From Longimicrobiales bacterium (lineage in GTDB: Bacteria; Gemmatimonadota; Gemmatimonadetes; Longimicrobiales; Gaopeijiaceae), in assembly GCA_965202985.1 (NCBI GenBank), contig CBDBCF010000002.1, positions 352,001 through 416,000 on the forward strand: a DNA stretch of 64,000 nucleotides. Reading direction: 5' to 3'. Under the pieces are notes generated by a model that was not told the DNA's origin, did not search any database, and saw only the letters and a list, made by a program, of their open reading frames with translations. Within the stretch, counting starts at the first letter, position 1. Every line of letters begins with the position of its first letter. Shown here one piece after another: positions 58,516-64,000 of the stretch. The position numbers and the translations under genes are program-made.

Positions 58516-59790
58516 GTGGTGCGCATCGGGGAGGTCGGGGAGGGCTCCGTGGCCGAGGCGATGGAGCTCCGGATCGGGACCCGAATCGTGGCGGTCAACG
58601 GTCGGCGGGTTCGGGACAGCCTGGACTTCGCGTTCTTGGCCGCCGACCGCGAGATGACGATCGAGGCCGTGGAGCCGGACGGCGCATCCGCGGTGTACGA
58701 GATCGCCATGGATCCCGAAGAGCGGTTGGGGATCGTGCCGGCGCCCGACAAGGTTCGAGAGTGCGCCAACGAATGCGTCTTCTGCTTCATCGACGGCAAC
58801 CCGCCCGACGCGCGACCGGCCCTGTGGCTGCGCGACGACGACTTTCGCCTGTCGTTCACCTACGGCAGCTACGTGACCCTGACCAACCTGGGTCCGCGCG
58901 GCCTCCAGCGCTTGGTGGACCAGCGCATCTCGCCCCTGTACGTGAGCGTGCACGCCACCAACCCCGAACTGCGCGTCCGCCTCCTCAAGAACGACCGCGC
59001 CGGGCTGATTCTGGAACAGCTGACCCTCCTGCTGGACGCCGGGTTGCAGGTTCACGCGCAGGTCGTCCTTTGCCCGGAGTGGAACGACGGCCCGGAACTG
59101 GTCCGGACGGTGCGCGAACTCTACGCGCTGGGGCCCGGCGTCCTATCGCTCTCGGTCGTGCCGGTGGGCCTGACGCGCTACAACCTGAACCGGCCCGTGA
59201 GGCTGCTGACGCCCGCGGAGGCCGTTGCGGCCTTGGGGCAGACGCGGACCGTGCGCGAACGGGCCCGGCGGGAGCGCGGCCATGCATGGTGCTACGCCGC
59301 CGACGAACTCTTCCTGATCGCCGGACGAGCGGTTCCCGATTCGTCCTACTACGACGACTGGCCGCTGGTGGAGAACGGCGTCGGGGCGCTGCGAACCCTT
59401 CTGGGCGCCTTCGTCGCCGGCAAGTCCCGCTTGGCGCCCCGAACCGGCGTGGAGCGCGTAAGGATCGTCACGGGCACGTCGATGCGACCGTTCTTCGAGG
59501 AGATGGCAGCCGAGGTTTCGCGACGCATGGCGTGTCCCGCCGAAGTGCGCGCGGTCGAGAACCGGTACTTCGGGCCCACCGTGACCGTGGCCGGGCTGCT
59601 GGCCGGGCGCGACATCCTGGCGGGCGTGGAAGAGTCGCGGCAGGGAGACCTCGTAGTGCTGCCCGAGGAGGCCCTGAACGGAGACCGCGTCTTCGTGGAC
59701 GGCACGTCCCTGGCGGAAGTCGAGCGGGGCCTGCGTCCGGCGACGGTGAAGGCGAGCCGGGAGCTGGTGGAAGCGCTGGCGGGGCCGTGA
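58516..59790 (+). CDS. DUF512-containing PDZ/radical-SAM-like protein
   Basis: CANECVFCF, DDDFRLSF.YGSYVTLTN, ENGVG, VTVAGLL; upstream of der. Confidence 0.88.
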   Translation: MVRIGEVGEGSVAEAMELRIGTRIVAVNGRRVRDSLDFAFLAADREMTIEAVEPDGASAVYEIAMDPEERLGIVPAPDKVRECANECVFCFIDGNPPDARPALWLRDDDFRLSFTYGSYVTLTNLGPRGLQRLVDQRISPLYVSVHATNPELRVRLLKNDRAGLILEQLTLLLDAGLQVHAQVVLCPEWNDGPELVRTVRELYALGPGVLSLSVVPVGLTRYNLNRPVRLLTPAEAVAALGQTRTVRERARRERGHAWCYAADELFLIAGRAVPDSSYYDDWPLVENGVGALRTLLGAFVAGKSRLAPRTGVERVRIVTGTSMRPFFEEMAAEVSRRMACPAEVRAVENRYFGPTVTVAGLLAGRDILAGVEESRQGDLVVLPEEALNGDRVFVDGTSLAEVERGLRPATVKASRELVEALAGP

Positions 59791-61100
59791 GCCTTCCCGT
59801 GGTTGCGGTCGTGGGCCGACCCAACGTGGGCAAGTCGACCCTCTTCAATCGGGCGGTGGGGAAGCGGGCCGCCATCGTGGACGACGCGCCCGGCGTGACC
59901 CGAGACCGGAACTTCGGGCAGGCGGAGTGGACGGGCCGCCGCTTCTTCGTGGTCGACACGGGAGGCGTCGTCGAGGGGTCGAACCGGGGCATGGACCGCT
60001 TGATCCGCGAACAGGCCATGACCGCCGTCCAGGAGGCCGACCTGGTGGTCCTTCTGGTCGACGCCAAGACGGGCGTTCACCCCTTGGACCAGCGCCTGGC
60101 CGAGGTGCTGCGAAAGACGGCCAAGCCGGTGCTGCTCGCGGTCAACAAGGTGGACGACCTGCCCCATGGAGACGCCCACCTGGACTTCTGGGGCCTGGGC
60201 ATGGGCCGGCCGCGTCCCATGAGCGCGGTGTCCGGGCGGGGCGTCGGCGACCTTCTGGACGCCGTGGTGTCCAAGTTCCCGGCGTCCGCCGAAGAACCCC
60301 CCTCCGGCGACCTTCGGGTCGCGGTCGCCGGGAAGCCCAACGCCGGCAAGTCGTCGTTCGTCAACCGCCTCTTCGGCGAAGAGCGGGTCGTGGTCAGCGA
60401 GCAGGCCGGCACCACCCGCGATCCGGTGGACCACGTGATGCGCTACCACGGCCGCGACCTGGTGTTCGTGGACACGGCGGGGCTTCGTCGCCACGCCCGC
60501 ATCAAGGACGCCGTCGAGTACTACGCCAGCCTGCGGACCGCGCGGGTGGTTCGCGAGTCGGACGTGTGCCTGGTGCTGGTGGACGGCGCCGAGGGGCTGC
60601 ACGGGCAGGACGTGAAGGTTGCGGAGGCGGCTTGGAACGCCGGCTGCGGCGTCGTCCTGGTGTGCAACAAGTGGGACCTGGTGGAGAAGGACGCCCGCAC
60701 GGCCCAGGAGTTCTGCGCGGACGCGCGGCGGCAAGCCCCCTTCCTGAAGGACGTGCCGTTCCTGTTCGCTTCGGCGCGCACGGGGCTGCGCATCCGCAAC
60801 TCGCTGGATTTGGTGCTGGACGTGGCCCGCCGCCGGCGGCAGCGCGTCCCCACCCACGAAGTCAACGAAGCCGTCGACGCCTTGACGCACCGGCAGCCGC
60901 CCCCTCACGCGCGGGGCAGGGCCGTGCGCCTCAAGTACGCCACGCAGGCCGAGACGGCGCCGCCCACGTTCGTCGTCTTCTCCAACCTGCCGGACGCGAT
61001 CCCGGCCCACTACCGTCGTTACATTGCCAACTTCTTGCGGACCCGATGGGACTTCGCCGGCGTGCCGGTTCGGGTCCGCCTGCGAAAGAGCGGCGAATGA
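59787..61100 (+). CDS. der: Ribosome biogenesis GTPase Der
   Basis: Tandem GRPNVGKS and GKPNAGKS domains, DTGG/DTAG, PPTFVVF. Confidence 0.96.
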   Translation: MSLPVVAVVGRPNVGKSTLFNRAVGKRAAIVDDAPGVTRDRNFGQAEWTGRRFFVVDTGGVVEGSNRGMDRLIREQAMTAVQEADLVVLLVDAKTGVHPLDQRLAEVLRKTAKPVLLAVNKVDDLPHGDAHLDFWGLGMGRPRPMSAVSGRGVGDLLDAVVSKFPASAEEPPSGDLRVAVAGKPNAGKSSFVNRLFGEERVVVSEQAGTTRDPVDHVMRYHGRDLVFVDTAGLRRHARIKDAVEYYASLRTARVVRESDVCLVLVDGAEGLHGQDVKVAEAAWNAGCGVVLVCNKWDLVEKDARTAQEFCADARRQAPFLKDVPFLFASARTGLRIRNSLDLVLDVARRRRQRVPTHEVNEAVDALTHRQPPPHARGRAVRLKYATQAETAPPTFVVFSNLPDAIPAHYRRYIANFLRTRWDFAGVPVRVRLRKSGE

Positions 61101-61801
61101 CGGAGGCGCCGACGAGCATGGCTTGGTTGCTGGTGGCGGCGGCCTACGCGGCGGGGGCGGTCCCGGCGTCGTACTGGATCGGCCTGGCCGTCTACAAGAA
61201 GGACCTGCGCCGGTTGGGCAGCGGCAACCTGGGCGCGACGAACGCCTACCGGATGCTGGGCCCCGGGGTGGGCGCGACCGTGGTCGTCGTGGACGTCTTC
61301 AAGGGGTTTGCGCCGGCGTGGTGGTTTCCGCACTGGGACGGGCAGGAGGCCGCTTGGTGGGCTGCCGCCTACGGGGGCGCGGCGGTCGTGGGTCACGTCT
61401 TCTCGTTCTGGGTGCGGTTTCGGGGCGGCAAGGGCGTGGCGACCACCGCCGGAGTGCTCGGGGCGCTCGCGCCGGGGGCCCTGGCCGCGGGCTTCGCCGT
61501 GTGGCTGCTGGTCGCAGCGACGACCCGGATCGTGTCCTTGGCCTCGATCGCCGCGGCCTTGGCCCTGGCCGTCGCCGCTTGGCTGCTGCCCGACGCCTGG
61601 CTGTTGCCGGACGGCGGTCCGGTCGCGCGAGGGTTCCTGGCCGTGGTGGCCCTGTTCGTGGTGTGGGCGCACCGGTCCAACATTCGGCGGCTCCGGGACG
61701 GCACGGAGAGCCGCATGGGACACGGGAGCGCCGAGGACGCCGCGAGTGCGGCGGAGCGCTTGGCGGGCGCTGGGGGCGGGGCCGGCGAGGATCGCTCGTG
61801 A
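61097..61801 (+). CDS. plsY: Glycerol-3-phosphate acyltransferase PlsY
   Basis: GSGNLGATN, DVFKG, GHVFS..FRGGKGVAT, HRSNIRRL. Confidence 0.95.
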   Translation: MTEAPTSMAWLLVAAAYAAGAVPASYWIGLAVYKKDLRRLGSGNLGATNAYRMLGPGVGATVVVVDVFKGFAPAWWFPHWDGQEAAWWAAAYGGAAVVGHVFSFWVRFRGGKGVATTAGVLGALAPGALAAGFAVWLLVAATTRIVSLASIAAALALAVAAWLLPDAWLLPDGGPVARGFLAVVALFVVWAHRSNIRRLRDGTESRMGHGSAEDAASAAERLAGAGGGAGEDRS

Positions 61802-62811
61802 AGTCCACCCGGGTTGCGGTGATCGGCGCGGGGGCGTGGGGCACGGCGCTGGCGGGGCTCTTGGCCGACGAGGGGGCGACGGTGCGCCTCTGGGTCCGGG
61901 AGCCCGAAGTCGCGACTTCGATCGCCGAGCGCGGCGAGAACGCCCAATACCTGGACGGCGTCGCCCTGCCGCGCGCTGGCCTGTCCGCCACGCTCTCCTT
62001 GAAGACCGCCCTGTCCGGCGCTCAGGTCGTCGTGTGGGCGTGTCCCGTGCAGTTCTCGGCGGCGCTGCTGGCCGAGGCGGCGGCGCACGTGCCCCCGGAG
62101 GCGCTTCTGGTGAGCGCGTCCAAGGGGATCGAGGCGACGACGCTGCGTCGGATGGACCAAGTGTTCGCGACGGCGCTGCCTTCGCCGCAGCAGGCGCGGC
62201 TGTGCGTGCTGTCGGGCCCCAGCTTCGCCCGCGAAGTGGCCGGCGGCGCCCCGACGGCGGTGGTGGTGGCCAGCCGAGACGAACGGGCGCGGCTGGCCGC
62301 GCAGGCCCTGTTCCAGACCGAACGGTTTCGCGTCTACACGAACCCCGACGTGGTGGGCGTCGAGCTGGGCGGCGCCCTCAAGAACGTGGTGGCTCTGGCC
62401 GCCGGCGTCGCCGCCGGGCTGGACCTGGGGCACAACGCGGTGGCCGCACTGATGACGCGGGGGCTGGCCGAGATGCGCCGATTGGGCGTCGCCATGGGCG
62501 CGCAGGCCGCCACCTTCGCGGGCCTGGCCGGGCTGGGCGACCTGGTTCTGACGTGCACCGGCGGGCTGAGCCGCAACCGGGCCGTGGGACTCCGGCTGGG
62601 GCGCGGCGAGCCGATTGAGCAGATTCTGTCGGGCGCCCGCACGGTTGCCGAAGGCGTGGCCACGGTGCGCGCCGTGCATCGCTTGGCGCGGAGCCTGTCC
62701 GTGGAGATGCCCGTGTCGGAAGAGGTGCACAGGATCGTCGCCGACGGTGCGGACCCGACGGAGGCGCTCCACCGCCTCATGACCCGAGAACCCAAGTCCG
62801 AAAGGATCTGA
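61798..62811 (+). CDS. gpsA: NAD(P)H-dependent glycerol-3-phosphate dehydrogenase
   Basis: GAGAWGTALA, LSGPSFA, GGALKNV, GDLVLTC..SRNR. Confidence 0.96.
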   Translation: MKSTRVAVIGAGAWGTALAGLLADEGATVRLWVREPEVATSIAERGENAQYLDGVALPRAGLSATLSLKTALSGAQVVVWACPVQFSAALLAEAAAHVPPEALLVSASKGIEATTLRRMDQVFATALPSPQQARLCVLSGPSFAREVAGGAPTAVVVASRDERARLAAQALFQTERFRVYTNPDVVGVELGGALKNVVALAAGVAAGLDLGHNAVAALMTRGLAEMRRLGVAMGAQAATFAGLAGLGDLVLTCTGGLSRNRAVGLRLGRGEPIEQILSGARTVAEGVATVRAVHRLARSLSVEMPVSEEVHRIVADGADPTEALHRLMTREPKSERI

Positions 62812-62815
62812 CCCC

Positions 62816-63247
62816 GTGGAACCCATCGCCAAGAAGACGTACTACTCGATCGGAGAGGTGAGCGAGCTGACCGGACTCAAGGCCCACGTGCTGCGCTACT
62901 GGGAGACCCAGTTCGCCATGATTTCGCCCACCAAGAACCGGGGCGGCACGCGCGTCTACCAAGCCGGGGAGATCGAGACGATCCTTCTGGTCAAGCACCT
63001 GCTGTACGAGAAGCGCTTCACGATCGAGGGGGCCAAGCAGAAGCTCAAGGAGATGCGGCAGGACGGAACCGTGGAGCAAGAACAGAAGATGAACGCCGAG
63101 CCCGCCGTCCTGGCGTCGATCAAGGAGGGGCTGGCGGCGGTCCAGAACGTGCTGACGTTGCCCGACGCCTCGGTCGCGCCGGCGCGGCACGCAACCCCTG
63201 GAGCATCCGGGACGGCTGGCACGTCGTCCGGGACGCCCGCGAGCTGA
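62816..63247 (+). CDS. MerR-family HTH regulator
   Basis: YYSIGEVS..HVLRYWETQF...LLYEKRFTIEGAK. Confidence 0.88.
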   Translation: MEPIAKKTYYSIGEVSELTGLKAHVLRYWETQFAMISPTKNRGGTRVYQAGEIETILLVKHLLYEKRFTIEGAKQKLKEMRQDGTVEQEQKMNAEPAVLASIKEGLAAVQNVLTLPDASVAPARHATPGASGTAGTSSGTPAS

Positions 63248-63259
63248 GAGGGACCGCGC

Positions 63260-64000
63260 GTGCGCATTCTCTGCACCAACGACGACGGCTATCTGTCGCC
63301 CGGAATTCGCGTGCTGGCCGAGGCCGCCCACGAGATCGGCTCGGTGGACGTGGTGGCCCCCGACCGAGAGCACAGCGGCTCCAGCAACGCCCTCACGCTC
63401 CACAACCCGCTTCGGACGCGACGCGCGCCCGACGGCGCCACGATCGTCGAAGGCACGCCGACCGACTGCGTGATCCTGGCGGTGAACGAGCTGCTGGACG
63501 GCAGGCCCGACCTTTGCGTGTCGGGGATCAACTTCGGCGGCAACCTGGGCGAAGACGTCTTCTACTCGGGCACGGTGGCGGCGGCGATCGAGGCCACGAT
63601 CGTGGGGATCCCCGCCGTGGCGTTCTCGCACGTGGGCCGGGTCCCCGAGGAGATGGAAGGCTGGCAGCCCGTGGCGGCTCGGCTGCTGGACCAGATCGTG
63701 GCCAAGGGCGTTCCCGAGCGCGAAGTGCTGAACGTGAACCTGCCCGCCTGCCCGCCGTCCGAGGTCAAGGGGGTGCGAGTGACCACGCTGGGACGCCGGG
63801 TGTACGCCGATTCCGTTCAGCGGCAGAAGGACCGCTGGGGCCGACCGTACTACTGGATCGGCGGCGGCGTCGCGCAGTGGAACGGAGGGCCGGACTCCGA
63901 CTACCGGGCCGTGGAGGATGGCTACGTGTCGGTGACGCCGCTCCATGTGGACCTGACCAGCCATCGACAGTTGGACGAGGTGCGGGGCTGGGACTTGCGG
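63260..64000 (+). CDS. surE: 5'/3'-nucleotidase SurE, 3' truncated by window edge
   Basis: GTG start; ILCTNDDG, VAPDREHSG, GTPTDCV, SGIN.G.NLGED.FYSGTV. Confidence 0.93.
   Translation, partial: MRILCTNDDGYLSPGIRVLAEAAHEIGSVDVVAPDREHSGSSNALTLHNPLRTRRAPDGATIVEGTPTDCVILAVNELLDGRPDLCVSGINFGGNLGEDVFYSGTVAAAIEATIVGIPAVAFSHVGRVPEEMEGWQPVAARLLDQIVAKGVPEREVLNVNLPACPPSEVKGVRVTTLGRRVYADSVQRQKDRWGRPYYWIGGGVAQWNGGPDSDYRAVEDGYVSVTPLHVDLTSHRQLDEVRGWDLR

Overview
High-GC bacterial chromosomal window. The lpxC-fabZ fusion, PorV/PorQ-like gene, bshC, mcsAB-clpC in a diderm and GxGPGE beta-propellers suggest Gemmatimonadota/FCB; this is inference, not a database result. The left third (1-25 kb) is accessory: M3 oligopeptidase, a Tat-exported binding protein + output-less TM-sensor-TM-HAMP protein + OFA-type MFS trio, a 4024-aa repeat adhesin (16 'KVDG' Ig-like units, 9 Calx-beta domains, 1494-bp tandem repeats, C-terminal autotransporter-like barrel) flanked by two beta-propeller genes, divergent ligD/ku only 12 bp apart, tRNA-Arg, a serine hydrolase and tRNA-His. 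At 25.5-27.06 kb there is a complete 16S rRNA gene with its own promoter and processing stem but no ITS tRNAs, 23S or 5S; it runs directly into era, the GTPase that binds the 16S 3' end. The rest is a ~37-kb co-oriented housekeeping run: prfB (+1 frameshift), lysS, lolCE/D, mcsA-mcsB-clpC, bamA-skp-lpxD-lpxC/fabZ-lpxA-(gnnA-like)-lpxB-lpxK, rlmH, methyltransferase-bshC, murJ, uvrC, tRNA-Gly, DUF512-der-plsY-gpsA, merR-like and surE. I saw no integrase, transposase, CRISPR array or reverse transcriptase.
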